A stretch of 64,000 nt of DNA from an uncultured delta proteobacterium (GTDB lineage Bacteria; Desulfobacterota; Desulfobacteria; Desulfobacterales; JAFDCJ01). Within the stretch, counting starts at the first letter, position 1. Each line of letters starts with the position of its first letter. Shown piece by piece: positions 33,911-44,574 of this stretch. Location of the stretch: contig CAVYNY010000022.1 of assembly GCA_963769935.1 (NCBI GenBank), forward strand, positions 128,001 to 192,000. Direction: 5' to 3'. A program made the position numbers and the translations under genes. The notes under the pieces were generated by a model. That model had not been told where the DNA came from. It was given only the letters and a program-made list of their open reading frames with translations, and did not search any database.

Positions 33911-35026
33911 ATCATTCAATCCGATCTCTGAGGAATTTCTATTATATATGTTGGTATGATTTTGATAATTGAGTGATAACAAATTTTCTTCCTTTTTTTT
34001 ATCTGAATAAATCAATCTTTTTGAATTCAATACCTGCTTTTTATTGGCTTTATAAGGGGAATCTTGAGTACATTATACAGCACGTTTCAGGTATCATAAT
34101 TATTATTGGGAAGATATTAATTGAATGAATAGAGATATAAAGAAATGACGTACCTATGCAGATATAATAATTGGTCTAATTAGAAGACAATTGTTAATCA
34201 CTACAGTACGCATTTAGTTTCTAATAATTTTTCAAAGGTCTTGTCTGGACAGTACTTCTGCCTTGCGGACTTGTTAATTTTGTTGAATTATTACGATGAA
34301 AACTTAAACCTTCATCAGTTATAAGGGTAAAATATTGCGAATTTATTTTTAAGATTTTAATCAAGTGATGATCTTTTAAATTAAGAATGACGTTCTCATC
34401 GGAATTCCTTTCTTTGAGATTCGACATGGGATAGTATGGATTTAATCTCAAAAACGTCAAGATAGCCATTCATATTTTATTTGCACTCATGCCAGTATTT
34501 TATTCAAAAGTTATCGGATAAAATTCTCATTATTCAATATTTTATAAAGTAGCGTATCTTAGCTGTCGTGGCCCACATTAGTTATCGGCAATATATAGGA
34601 TATCTTGAACGTATTTTATAGAGTTCATACGTAGTATCTTTTTAATTGAAATATTAAATGCAAAAAAAATGGGGATGATTGATTACATAATTTGTAACAA
34701 AAAATACACACCGTTTAAAATTCTTCTAATTTACTGGATGCATTTTTCCAAAACAGGAACCCGCTACTTAGATAGACCAAATTATTCCACACGCATATTC
34801 ACTTTTGGTATGGAAAATCACTTTCGGAATTTTTGATGGGTTCCGATATTCAGCAGGAAAAACGGAAATCGGTGTGGAGAATCATTTCAATATCGGGTGG
34901 TTCCACCCGAAGAATTCGATTGATTTAAGGTTTTGATTTAGATATTGGCTTGTGATATATTAGAAAGATCAAAGCCTGTATAATTGCCATCTCATAAATC
35001 AAGTTCCAAAGGATAACTGAATAACT

Positions 35027-35284
35027 ATGAAAAAGGAAATCAATAAACGTGAAGACCTGATTGGCAGGGAAATCATTTATAACAATAAATTAATCCTGAT
35101 CTCTGAAGCATGGGAGCGGACATACAAAAACCCCAATGTTAAAGATTGGCATGGTAAAATAATATATAGCCTTTCAGGTTATCATGATATTCAAAGGGGT
35201 AAAAAGGGTGAGAGCAAGGGGAAATATATCAAATTTGATGTTTTAAAAGAGAAAGTCGAATTTGCCTATAGAGAGACTCCGTAA
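35027..35284 (+). CDS. Hypothetical protein
   Basis: 85-aa ORF in AT-rich DNA. Confidence 0.45.
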   Translation: MKKEINKREDLIGREIIYNNKLILISEAWERTYKNPNVKDWHGKIIYSLSGYHDIQRGKKGESKGKYIKFDVLKEKVEFAYRETP

Positions 35285-35613
35285 AGAAGATCATCTGAAA
35301 AAAAAGACTCCGAAATGAAATCAAAATTAATCTATCATCAAATTTTCCATAGTTCTCATAATGGAATTTTAAATCTGAATTTTTAATAAGTTATTTAACT
35401 TTTGAACCGTCAATTGAGAGAATTCTGATTTTGGAATCAGAATTACAGTACTTCTACCTCATGTCATTGCAGTTCCTCATCCAACAGGTATGCTTCACCG
35501 GTATTTCAGATCAAGAAAACATTCAATTAAAACAGGATGCAGGGGGTGTAGAAAACTGAGATTCAGTTTGGTAATATTAAATATGGGGGTAAGATGAATT
35601 AGGAGTGAGAAAA

Positions 35614-35914
35614 ATGCCTATGGGAAAAGAACGAAGGGAATATGAACGGTTTCCATGCGAAACCCCAATTCTGCACGGAAAACTAGTCCCCCGATGATTT
35701 CTACAAAGGCACCATCTACAACTTCAGCAAAAGGGGATTATATTTCGAATCTGACGGAGATCTTTTAGAAGGGCATGAAGTATCAATATCAATTATTCCA
35801 CCAAAACATCAACTTACAGAGAAGTCCCATCAATATTTTGATGTCGAAATCATATGGTGCCAAAAACTATCAGGTTCATATTACCAAGTTGGCTACGGAG
35901 CAAGGTTAATCTAA
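35614..35914 (+). pseudogene. PilZ domain protein, frameshifted
   Basis: ERREYERF (RxxxR), then in another frame YNFSKRGLYFES (NxSxxG)...EIIWC...GYGARLI*; AGGAG RBS. Confidence 0.7.
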
Positions 35915-36078
35915 AAATACTTTGATATACTTTTCAGAGCAGGGCATATCCAAAATCAAGAAAACAATCACAGGAAACAGGGTAAAATCCAAAGAGCCGA
36001 TAAAGGGGTTTATGTCGGTGTGAAACAAGATTAGATCCAGACACTAACATTCCGGATATTCAATAGCGGGGATTTAAT

Positions 36079-36360
36079 ATGGCTCTGACCAAAATCCAAA
36101 TTGTCAATTCAATTGCCGATCAGATAGGCTATACCAAGAATCAAGCATCAGAAATGGTTGAAACTATCCTTGAGATCATTAAAAAAGCCCTTGAATCCGG
36201 TGAAAATGTCATGATCAGCAGCTTTGGCAAATTCTGTGTCAAGGAAAAGAGGGCAAGAAGGGGGAGGAATCCTGCAACAGGTGAGGAAATGATGCTGAGA
36301 CCAAGGAAGGTTGTCAACTTCAGGTGGTCGGGTATTCGTCGCCTCCGGTCCACCTTCTAA
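36079..36360 (+). CDS. IHF-alpha/HU family DNA-binding protein with aberrant C-terminus
   Basis: MALTK...ISSFGKF...RRGRNPATGE...RKVVNF, then diverges. Confidence 0.8.
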   Translation: MALTKIQIVNSIADQIGYTKNQASEMVETILEIIKKALESGENVMISSFGKFCVKEKRARRGRNPATGEEMMLRPRKVVNFRWSGIRRLRSTF

Positions 36361-36569
36361 GACCCGAAAAGAGAGTGGTGACAGCACAACTTTCCCGCTC
36401 CGAAGCAGGCCGATCATTTCTTTTTGGTTTGGTATTTTCCTATTGTTAGCCATTTTCCGGTTCAAGAAAACAACCCAATTTAGGAAAATATGCAAGCCAA
36501 ATATATTTTCTTAGGCCAAAATGTCACTTTGTCATGCCTTTTATCATTATTTTTTTCAGCGATCATTTA

Positions 36570-36697
36570 GGCCGTGGCAACCGTTTGAATTAAACCGCTT
36601 CCACCGCCGTGTCGAGACCGATTTTGTTGCGGAACTTGAAGCAGTCGGCAAGGGTTTTCTCAGGGCTGTAGATGCGTATATCCACACCGTCGAGCTT
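36570..36697 (-). pseudogene. Fragment of an AbiEi-type (type IV TA) antitoxin
   Basis: KLDGVDIRIYSPEKTLADCFKFRNKIGLDTAVEAV on the minus strand. Confidence 0.65.
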
Positions 36698-36709
36698 ATG
36701 GGTATCCAC

Positions 36710-36952
36710 ACCTGCCGCAATTTAAAGGTCGAGGGTGTGGACCTTTTCGGGGGCACACGCCATAGCACGGCAACAGCCCTGGGCGAGCACTTTTTCCGCC
36801 AGGAGATTATGACTGCCGGCTCAATGCACAAGACGAACAAGGCTGCGCTGCTTTATATAGAGGCGGAAAAAAATAAGAGTATCCTGGTTTATCAAAAAGT
36901 CCGGGAGATGGAGGGGAATGTTGTACAAAGCGGGAAGCAGAAGACAGGATGA
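36710..36952 (+). pseudogene. C-terminal remnant of a tyrosine recombinase
   Basis: CRNLKVEGVDLFGGTRHSTATALGEH...MHKTNKAALLY (RH...H...Y) next to the tRNA-Leu fragment. Confidence 0.65.
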
Positions 36953-37162
36953 GAGTAAAGTTTTGTGCAATTATTTTGTCACACATTTGTCACACATAAA
37001 TAAGGGGTTGCCGATAAAGCAACCCATTTTAATTATTAATGAATTTTGGTTCCGAAGGCCGGATTTAAACCGGCACGGGCGCGTTCCTTTTAAGGATGAA
37101 AAATTTTAATTTCAAGAGTCATTGGCTGCAAGGATTTGATAAGTTGAGATTTACTAGAAAAT

Positions 37163-37399
37163 TCAGGTATGATTTTTATAAATTTCGATGGATCGTTTTT
37201 TATTATGGACCAGATTCAATAAACCTGATTGCCCGCTGCATTTCTCATGGAACTCCTGGGTCTTTTCCTGCCTGACGACCTGCCCGAGTTTTTCGATTTC
37301 CGCTGCAAGCGTGCCGCAGCCTGACCCTTTAATACCTTTGATGGTGGATTGTATGTTCCCGTCGCGATCGATCACAAAATGAATTTCCTTGCGTTGCAT
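37163..37399 (-). CDS. DUF2997 family protein
   Basis: IHFVIDRDGNIQSTIKGIKGSGC...EKTQEFH. Confidence 0.85.
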   Translation of the reverse strand: MQRKEIHFVIDRDGNIQSTIKGIKGSGCGTLAAEIEKLGQVVRQEKTQEFHEKCSGQSGLLNLVHNKKRSIEIYKNHT

Positions 37400-37405
37400 T
37401 TCGGT

Positions 37406-37777
37406 TTACCTCCATGCTCTGGCCACCAGTTTAATGGCGCCGTCTTCAAGCGTTTCAATCGATGCCAGATTGTAGCGCAGCTCGGCCACCTTTTTTTTGA
37501 CCGTTTCAAGGCTGTACTGCTGCCTGAGTCTTTGTTGAAACCCATGGTCTTTGATGATGCGCCAATCGCTGTCGCCCACCATGTTGATTTCACCATTTTT
37601 GTGCCGGACAAATTGAACCCGCTGCGCATGGATATCAGCGAAGGCCAGTACATTGCGTCCTCTCTTTTTGTGCTTGGCATTCGGGCGAATGGATTCAATT
37701 CCCATCTCATGCAACGCGCTCAGTAAAATTTCCAAATCCGTGATGCCTTTCATCGCAATGTGTACGGTCATTGACAT
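37406..37777 (-). CDS. DUF1257 (Ycf35-like) family protein
   Basis: ITDLEILLSALHEMG...MVGDSDW...LRQQYS...EDGAIKLVARAW; GGAGG RBS. Confidence 0.8.
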   Translation of the reverse strand: MSMTVHIAMKGITDLEILLSALHEMGIESIRPNAKHKKRGRNVLAFADIHAQRVQFVRHKNGEINMVGDSDWRIIKDHGFQQRLRQQYSLETVKKKVAELRYNLASIETLEDGAIKLVARAWR

Positions 37778-37789
37778 GAGTATTCCTCC

Positions 37790-38002
37790 TTATCCGCAAT
37801 AAAGTTGTCCCGAAATGACTTTAACCGGAAACGGTTCAGGGTTGATTTCCTCCCATATGGCCAGGATCAATTGGGAAGCCGCCGGTGAAATCCATGGGAT
37901 TTCAACACTTCCATCGGGATGAATTATCAGCTCCTGCGTCACCACGGCCTGTGAATCTGATTCTCTTAAAACAATGTCATTTGAGAGTTTGTTTTGCGAC
38001 AT
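37790..38002 (-). CDS. Small hypothetical protein ending in LYCG
   Basis: MSQNKLSN...ELIIHPDGSVEIPW...LYCG; GAGGAAGGA upstream; fills the gap in the operon. Confidence 0.6.
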   Translation of the reverse strand: MSQNKLSNDIVLRESDSQAVVTQELIIHPDGSVEIPWISPAASQLILAIWEEINPEPFPVKVISGQLYCG

Positions 38003-39201
38003 GTGTGACACATTCCTTCCTCGATGTGACTCAAACAAAAATTGCGGTTGCAGTGAATGCAGTATTCGAGACAGCTATAACAAGTTTTTTGTCCGCAGAA
38101 TGTACATGATTCGGTCTTGCCCACCGGAAAACTCTCATGGCAGCCGATACAAAAAACGGTATGGTTGCGGCAGGAAATATCCCCTTTGGAATTGACCGCG
38201 ACGTGGTTGTTGCACCAGATTATGGTTTCTCCGCATTGATCGCAGTATCTGATGCAATTTGGACAGATGCGGCAGCCTTGTTTGCACTGAACCTGATGGT
38301 CGCGGCACACCAGCTGCCGGCACGACTCGCAATACAGGGCGTGTTCATTGCATACGGTGCGATTGCAGATTGAGCAGATATGGTTGTTTAAAACATGCCG
38401 GTCGACGATCTCGGCGCCGCATATATCACAAAGGGCGTAACAGGTTTCACAAACCAGCATATTTGAATCAGAAATGCCGAAGGACCAGGTTTCGCCGTCG
38501 CAGATATCACACCGCACCGGCGAGATGAGGCTGCCGTCATGGAGGTTGAGCACGGCCGCCACTTCTTTTGAATTACCGTTTCGTTGCAGCAGCCAAGTCA
38601 ATTTTTGAACCGGCGCCGAAATTGTCTCTACCGCAATTAAATCAATCGTTGCTTTTACCTGCGTGTATTGAATCTCCTCCCTAACCCGGCGCCTGTATTC
38701 CGCCTCCATGGCACGGGTCTCGGCCCTGTCAACACCGGCCGCATCCGACCCGAGTTGACGGTAGTATGTACCCAGCCTTTCGAGCGCCGGATACATATTT
38801 TTTAATGTTTTCTGTTGCAAATCCACGGCCTTTTCAACGATCAAATTCTCGGCAAAGCGAAAGCCGGCTTCGATAATCTGCTTGAACCGGTACAGTTTAA
38901 GGGGAGGTTTTTCCACCCACCGGATTTTTTTGTCCGCTGGGGTGATACGCTCTATTCGACGGGGTTGACGATCCGCCGGGATTTCGACGCCTTCGAGGAT
39001 TTCGACCACGTCGTCACCGATTAAGGTGATTTTCAACCAGATGCGTACGATGTCGTTCCATCCACGCCGGCATGAAAATTTTCTTTTCGAATCCCCGAAT
39101 ATCCTATATTTATCTTTTAGCATTTTCCCGGAATTCGCATAACGTGTCGGGAGTATACCATGGCGCGCTGAACCGGCAGGCACTGATTTCCGTGCTTTCA
39201 T
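37966..39201 (-). CDS. YqhG-like protein with a long Cys/His-rich C-terminal tail
   Basis: ERLGTYY...EYRRRVRE helical core, then about 17 CxxC/CxxH motifs; ATGA-coupled to the helicase. Confidence 0.7.
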   Translation of the reverse strand: MKARKSVPAGSARHGILPTRYANSGKMLKDKYRIFGDSKRKFSCRRGWNDIVRIWLKITLIGDDVVEILEGVEIPADRQPRRIERITPADKKIRWVEKPPLKLYRFKQIIEAGFRFAENLIVEKAVDLQQKTLKNMYPALERLGTYYRQLGSDAAGVDRAETRAMEAEYRRRVREEIQYTQVKATIDLIAVETISAPVQKLTWLLQRNGNSKEVAAVLNLHDGSLISPVRCDICDGETWSFGISDSNMLVCETCYALCDICGAEIVDRHVLNNHICSICNRTVCNEHALYCESCRQLVCRDHQVQCKQGCRICPNCIRYCDQCGETIIWCNNHVAVNSKGDISCRNHTVFCIGCHESFPVGKTESCTFCGQKTCYSCLEYCIHCNRNFCLSHIEEGMCHTCRKTNSQMTLF

Positions 39202-41172
39202 GCTTCGGCTCCAATCCGGTTGACGATGGATTTAAAGCGTTGATTGCGATCGTAACAGGATCGCGCATTGATCGCATCAACGGACAGTTTGCCAAAGGCA
39301 ACCTCTAAATTCCGGCGCGACAAATTAGACAGCAAAACATTGGCGATGCGCTGTTCAAACGATCGACCGGACGGCATATGTCCTAGAATTTCATTTACCG
39401 CGCCAATCACCAATTCAAACATTCGCAGCTTTTTGGCCAGAATGTCCACGACGTATTCTTCGATGGTGCCCCGGCAGACCAGGTTGAATATAACCACCTC
39501 ATCCTGGGGCTGGCCGAAACGATCGATTCTGCCGATACGCTGCTCGATTCGTTGCGGGTTCCACGGCAAATCAAAATTGATCATGTGATGGCAGCACTGT
39601 AAGTTTAAGCCGACGCCGCCGGTTTCGGTTGAAATCAGCACGGCGGAATCCGTGCGTCCGAATCCGGCTAAGATTTCCGATCGCTGTGCGGGATTGACAT
39701 GGCCGGTCAGACGGAAGACCGGCAGCCCCAGGCAGGATATAAATTTTGTCAGACAGCCCACGCTGGTCAAAAACTCCGAAAAAATCACAAATTTTTCGCC
39801 CTGGTAGTGGACTCAGAATCTGTTTCAATGTCTGAAATTTGGACGGCAGCGTTATGCTGCCGGCGAGGTCCGCGTAGTTCAACAGGCGCGCAACCGTGGC
39901 TGGCGGATAATTCGGCCGGCGGGCGATTCGAATTAAGGTTTGGCGCACGGCTTGAGGGGTCGACATCAACTCTCTTTGCAGAGTGATCAGGCTGAGCATG
40001 TGCGTGGTCATGCCCGATTCACGCAAAACTTCATTTTTGTATTCTCCATGGACGTATCCGGTCACGGATTCATATAAACGGCTTTCGACGGCAGACGGGG
40101 TGATATGGTAAATCCCAACGCGCCGGCGCGGAAATTTTACCTTGCAGGTATCCCGGCGATTGCGGATCATAACATCCGCCAAAGCCTCTTTTAATTCAGC
40201 TTCTGTTCCGCCCACGATCTCGCGGGGACTGCCGTGCGAAACAAACCTGCGCTTAAATGTCCGAACGGTTCCCAACCGGCCGGGCTGGATAAGGTCGACA
40301 ATGGAATAAAGTTCGTCCAGTGTATTATGAATCGGCGTGGCAGACAGGGCCAGGATGAAGCGCCTTCTTATTTTTTTTACAAATTTATACAGGGTGGTGC
40401 TGCGGTGTTTCAGGCGGTGGGCTTCATCCAATACCAGAATATCCCACCGCCGGTTTAGCAGGCACGGGCGCCTTTTGGCCAGATCATAGGATACAATCAA
40501 TTTCTGCTGATTTTCTCCCAGTTCATCAGCTGAGAATAGTTGAAAATTTTCATTAAACTTATGCTGAAGTTCCGCCTGCCATTGTCGGCACAGCCCTGCC
40601 GGCACTATAACCAGGACATGCTTTGCCAGCCGTCTAATTAACAGTTCCTTGATTAAAATTCCCGCCTCGATGGTTTTGCCCAATCCCACTTCGTCGGCCA
40701 GCAGCGCCCGTCCGTGCATTTTTTTTAAAACGGTAAATGCCGTCTTAATCTGGTGCTCCAATTGTTCGATGTTTGAGGCCGTATCAAGACCAATAAGACG
40801 TTCAAATCCATTTTGGAGGTCAGACTGTTGGGCTCGGAGATGGCGCTCAAACAGATGGGGATCCTTCCCGTTTCTCCGGTAAAACAGCTTTATATCGCCG
40901 CAATTGCTTTCTATGCGAACTTCCGGCAGATTTATGCCAACAGTATTTAGCAAGAGATTGATCTCATGGGATAAATCCCAGCGGATGCCGCAGCGCCAGC
41001 ACTCTCTGACGCCGCATTCACCGGACAGGGTTTCAAAGCGTTCGACACTGTCCAGCCAGCCGCATTCCGGGCACGTCCTGGCGGCGAAGGCCGTTTTGGG
41101 TTTTTGGCCTGCCTGATCAATATCCGTCTGTTGCGGGATCGTTATCCATTCAAACCGACCGGATCTTACCAC
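39198..41172 (-). CDS. SNF2-family helicase (YqhH/RapA-like) with an N-terminal Zn ribbon; one frameshift near 39812
   Basis: LLADEVGLGKT, DEAH, LSATP, then in another frame VIFSEF, STETGGVGLNLQ, WNPQRIEQRIGRIDRFGQ. Confidence 0.88.
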
Positions 41173-42721
41173 TTCGCCATTGCCTCCGTTCTTGTTCCAG
41201 TTTGTCGTTGGATGCCGGTCTGGCCCGGGTCAGCGCCCATGTTCTGAGGGCTTGAACATTTTCCGCCATGGTGATTGAAAGCGGTACGGTGATCTCAATA
41301 CTTTGCAGGATGTCAGCGGTTGACAGGGGACGGTTTTCGTCAAAGGCATTGTAAAGTCCGTCGATGACGGCCTGCTCAATTTCAGCGCCGGAAAATCCGG
41401 TACATTTTTCGGCCAGCAGCGCAAGGTCGAAATCACGCGGACTGCGATTTCGCTTGGTCAAATGGATGCTGATGATGGACTGCCGTTCGCCCAATCCCGG
41501 CAGATCGAGAAAAAAGATTTCATCCCAGCGTCCTTTGCGGATCAGCTCAGGGGGCAGCGATGTAATGGTGTTGCCCGTCGCAAAGACAAAGACCGACGCT
41601 GTTTTTTCCTGCAGCCAGGTTGCCAGGGAGGCAAAAACTCGGGCGGCTGTACCGGCATCGGAGTTGGATGAACTGCCGACTCCGGCCATTGACTTTTCGA
41701 TTTCATCGATCCACAAAATGCAGGGTGCCAAGGCCTCCGCCGTGCGGATGGCCTGCCGGGTATTTTCTTCCGAGCCGCCCACCCGGCTTGAAAACAGCTT
41801 GCCCGTATCCAGGCGCAGCAGGGGGAATTTCCACAAAGCGGCGCAGGCTTTGGCGGTCAGGCTTTTGCCGCAGCCTTGGATGCCGAGCAAAAGAATCCCT
41901 TTGGGATGGGGCAGGCCGTAGGCCCTGGCTTTTTCCGTGAATGCCCGCTGCCTTTTGGATAACCAGGCCTTTAAATTCTCAAGTCCGCCGACTTGCTCCA
42001 TGGTTTCGCGGGCGTCGAAAAATTCAAGGATTCCGGTTTTTTTAATTATCTGTTTTTTGCTCGCCACGATTTCATCGATCAGCTTCGAATCTATGATGCC
42101 GCTGCTTTTCACTACGGCCCTTGCCAGACAGTTTTCGAATTCATCCATGGTCAGGCCCTGACCGGCGTTGATGAGCCGCTCCCGGTCAGCACTGTTCAAC
42201 TCTATTTTGACTCGCCGGCCTTCCAGGGTGCTTATAACAGATGCCAGGGTTGAGGACAGGTCCTCTTTGGCAGGCAGCGCAAAATCCAACAGGTAGATTT
42301 CATGCTCCAGTGCAAGGGGCAGCTCGCGAATCGGGGACAGGATAATAATGCTGTTATGACTCTCCTTGAAATGCCGGGCAACGTCTTTTAAAAGCCGCTG
42401 CACCAGCGGGTCATTGATGACGGCCTGGAAATCCTTCAGCAGGAAAATGCCTTCATCAGGCTTGCTCTGCTTCAGGTGCTCGAGCAGCGCAACCGGGTCC
42501 TTCAACTGATCCCGGATCTCACCGACCTTCCTTTTTTGCCATGGTTCATTCTTCAGGGCCGGGGCAATCCCGTAAAGACCTGAGCTGATCGTGTGGATCC
42601 ATAATTTGCGTCGAATCCTGCTGCATATGCGCTCGAGTTCTTCTACGAAGCGAGTTTCTTCGGGGCTGACCACGTAAATGATCGGATAGTTTGCCAATAT
42701 GCAAAGCTCGATTTCAGTCAT
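41150..42721 (-). CDS. Ycf46-like AAA+ ATPase
   Basis: Degenerate N-terminal AAA domain (YPIIYVVSPEE, LLKDF), VGGLENLK, GIQGCGKS, WIDEIEK, RKGRWDEIFFLDLP. Confidence 0.92.
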   Translation of the reverse strand: MTEIELCILANYPIIYVVSPEETRFVEELERICSRIRRKLWIHTISSGLYGIAPALKNEPWQKRKVGEIRDQLKDPVALLEHLKQSKPDEGIFLLKDFQAVINDPLVQRLLKDVARHFKESHNSIIILSPIRELPLALEHEIYLLDFALPAKEDLSSTLASVISTLEGRRVKIELNSADRERLINAGQGLTMDEFENCLARAVVKSSGIIDSKLIDEIVASKKQIIKKTGILEFFDARETMEQVGGLENLKAWLSKRQRAFTEKARAYGLPHPKGILLLGIQGCGKSLTAKACAALWKFPLLRLDTGKLFSSRVGGSEENTRQAIRTAEALAPCILWIDEIEKSMAGVGSSSNSDAGTAARVFASLATWLQEKTASVFVFATGNTITSLPPELIRKGRWDEIFFLDLPGLGERQSIISIHLTKRNRSPRDFDLALLAEKCTGFSGAEIEQAVIDGLYNAFDENRPLSTADILQSIEITVPLSITMAENVQALRTWALTRARPASNDKLEQERRQWRSGKIRSV

Positions 42722-42729
42722 GTTAGAAT

Positions 42730-43300
42730 TCTTCTATGAAGAGGTTCATTCGTATGGGTTTCAGGTTTCACCTGTAATTCGTTAATTCCTAATTTCTAAA
42801 TGCCGACACCTTATATGAAACTACATCTCACACAGAGCGCTCAGAGGTCACAGAGGTTCGGGTTGGCAGCCGCCTGCGGCAAAAGAAAAATGTTCTCCGC
42901 GGCCTCTGTGAGCTCTAACGGAGTGGGCGTGATAGTAAATCCGACTGAGCCCGAATTTCCAAAAGTTTCTTTCTCGATTAATCTGGCCGTCTTTTGGGCC
43001 AGCGGCCCGGCTCGTGTGAAACTTCAAATAAAGGTATGTGGAATGGATTCGATTTTTATTTTTGTATAGACAGGATTAACAGGATTATCAGGAATTTTTT
43101 CGCCTGCGGCGAGGGGCCTTTCGGCCGAAGGCCGCATTATCCTGACGATCCTGTTGATCCTGTCCAATTATTTTTTTTAAAAGAAGAATCCATTCCTCTT
43201 TTTCTTTCCAATTTTAAAGTTTTTATCTGTTCAGACTGGATGCTTGCGGCCAGAGGCGGTGCTCATATGAAAATTCATCTGATTTAGAGTTATATTTCGG
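42730..43300. repeat. Mosaic of nested short inverted-repeat elements
   Basis: cacagag.../...ctctgtg and gacaggatt.../...atcctgtc 9-mer arms, cgcctgcggc palindromes. Confidence 0.65.
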
Positions 43301-43303
43301 TTG

Positions 43304-43447
43304 AAGTTAATGTCTGGTGGGAGTGGTTTCCAACCTCGATTTTAGATGGCGGTCCGACCGAGTTCATCGCGGTTGCCTCCAGCCCGTAGGGCTTACGCCC
43401 CGGAAGGAAAACCGCTCCCACAAGATCCTTAAACTGTTATCAGGTTC
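43304..43447. repeat. REP/REPIN-like element, copy 2
   Basis: Near-identical to 13171-13313. Confidence 0.85.
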
Positions 43448-43583
43448 TATATAAGTTTCTTTTTTGATCAGTCCGTCCGTTGTCTTGGCCGGCAGTTGGG
43501 CTGACACCTGAAACCTTTTAAAAACCTAGTATATTCAGACATTCCTGTGTATCCTGTCTGAAAAAAAGATAGAATTGAATAGA

Positions 43584-44318
43584 TCATAGATCGGAGCCTA
43601 ATAATTGTTTAATCCACTGCCGATACATCACCTCCGAATTCGGCACAACCGGGGGAAAGCGGCTCAACCAGTGAGTGCGGATTTTATGTTTGGTCGGAAC
43701 CCAAAAGATGTGATTATTCATTGGCCGTAGATTTACAGATGAAGGCAGCTTCTCAATTATCGTCGATGTCTTAGCTGGATATAGGGGACACAGCTTCGAG
43801 GATTCCATGGTCTTTGCCAGAGCATATTTATCCAGGGCGGCCTGCTGGTAACTTCCCTTTTCTGATCTGAAATAGGAAAACCAATAGCGCTCGCCTCTTT
43901 TCAAAGAAGCCAGTGAATAATTCATCAATCCAATGCCGAAGAGGTGGCATCCAAGATATGCCAGGCGGCGGTCCAAACTTTCAGACCGGCAGCCGGCGTA
44001 ATCCACAGCGCATTTTAAAAGTCCGGCAAGTTGATGAACATCGCCGGTTCCGAGGCTGTTTCCCTTCACATGGACCACGGTGCCGGTCCAGCGGTTTGAC
44101 AGCTCCAGCAACTCTGCCAGGTTCTGAAGATCGGTCTTTAAGGTAAATATGCCTCTGGTAACCGTTTTTCCACTTTCCCGAAGCAAATCATAGCGTTCCT
44201 GGGCCCGATCCAGCAGAACAAGTACGCGGTCTTCATCTTTCCTTGCGGCAGGTTTGCGGTCTATCTCCACCGACACCCACCAACCGCGATCTTTCCATTC
44301 TTTTTTGTGTTTCAACAT
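43584..44318 (-). CDS. Hypothetical protein
   Basis: About 245 aa; C..C..LGC..CPLY and YWFSY motifs; no family recognised. Confidence 0.7.
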   Translation of the reverse strand: MLKHKKEWKDRGWWVSVEIDRKPAARKDEDRVLVLLDRAQERYDLLRESGKTVTRGIFTLKTDLQNLAELLELSNRWTGTVVHVKGNSLGTGDVHQLAGLLKCAVDYAGCRSESLDRRLAYLGCHLFGIGLMNYSLASLKRGERYWFSYFRSEKGSYQQAALDKYALAKTMESSKLCPLYPAKTSTIIEKLPSSVNLRPMNNHIFWVPTKHKIRTHWLSRFPPVVPNSEVMYRQWIKQLLGSDL

Positions 44319-44574
44319 TGAGCACACAGCGGTCAAAGATTCGTGGTAATTCGTGTCAATTCGTGGTTAAGTAATTTGCGGTGAATGTTTGTATTGTTCG
44401 ATGATAACGAACAGTTAAGGCAAAAAAATATAACTAAAGGGTCAACCCTAATTGAGCGAAAGTCGAGGGTGCCCCAGCTTCAAGGCGTCCAAGAGTGAAG
44501 CTGTAGTTGCCTACCGCAAACCCTTGGCAACGCAGAAGATGGGGTGCCATCGGCTTTCCCGCGTTGTTTTCAGG

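Larger units (their letters stand above)
32214..37174. mobile_element. Decayed AT-rich integrative island
   Basis: tRNA-Leu 3' fragments at 32247-32266 and 37047-37081, 17-bp direct repeat at 32229 and 37158, integrase remnant, TA fragments, visibly lower GC. Confidence 0.7.

Noticed and set aside
37047..37081. Intact tRNA-Leu
   Set aside because: Only the 3' part is present, with an altered T-loop
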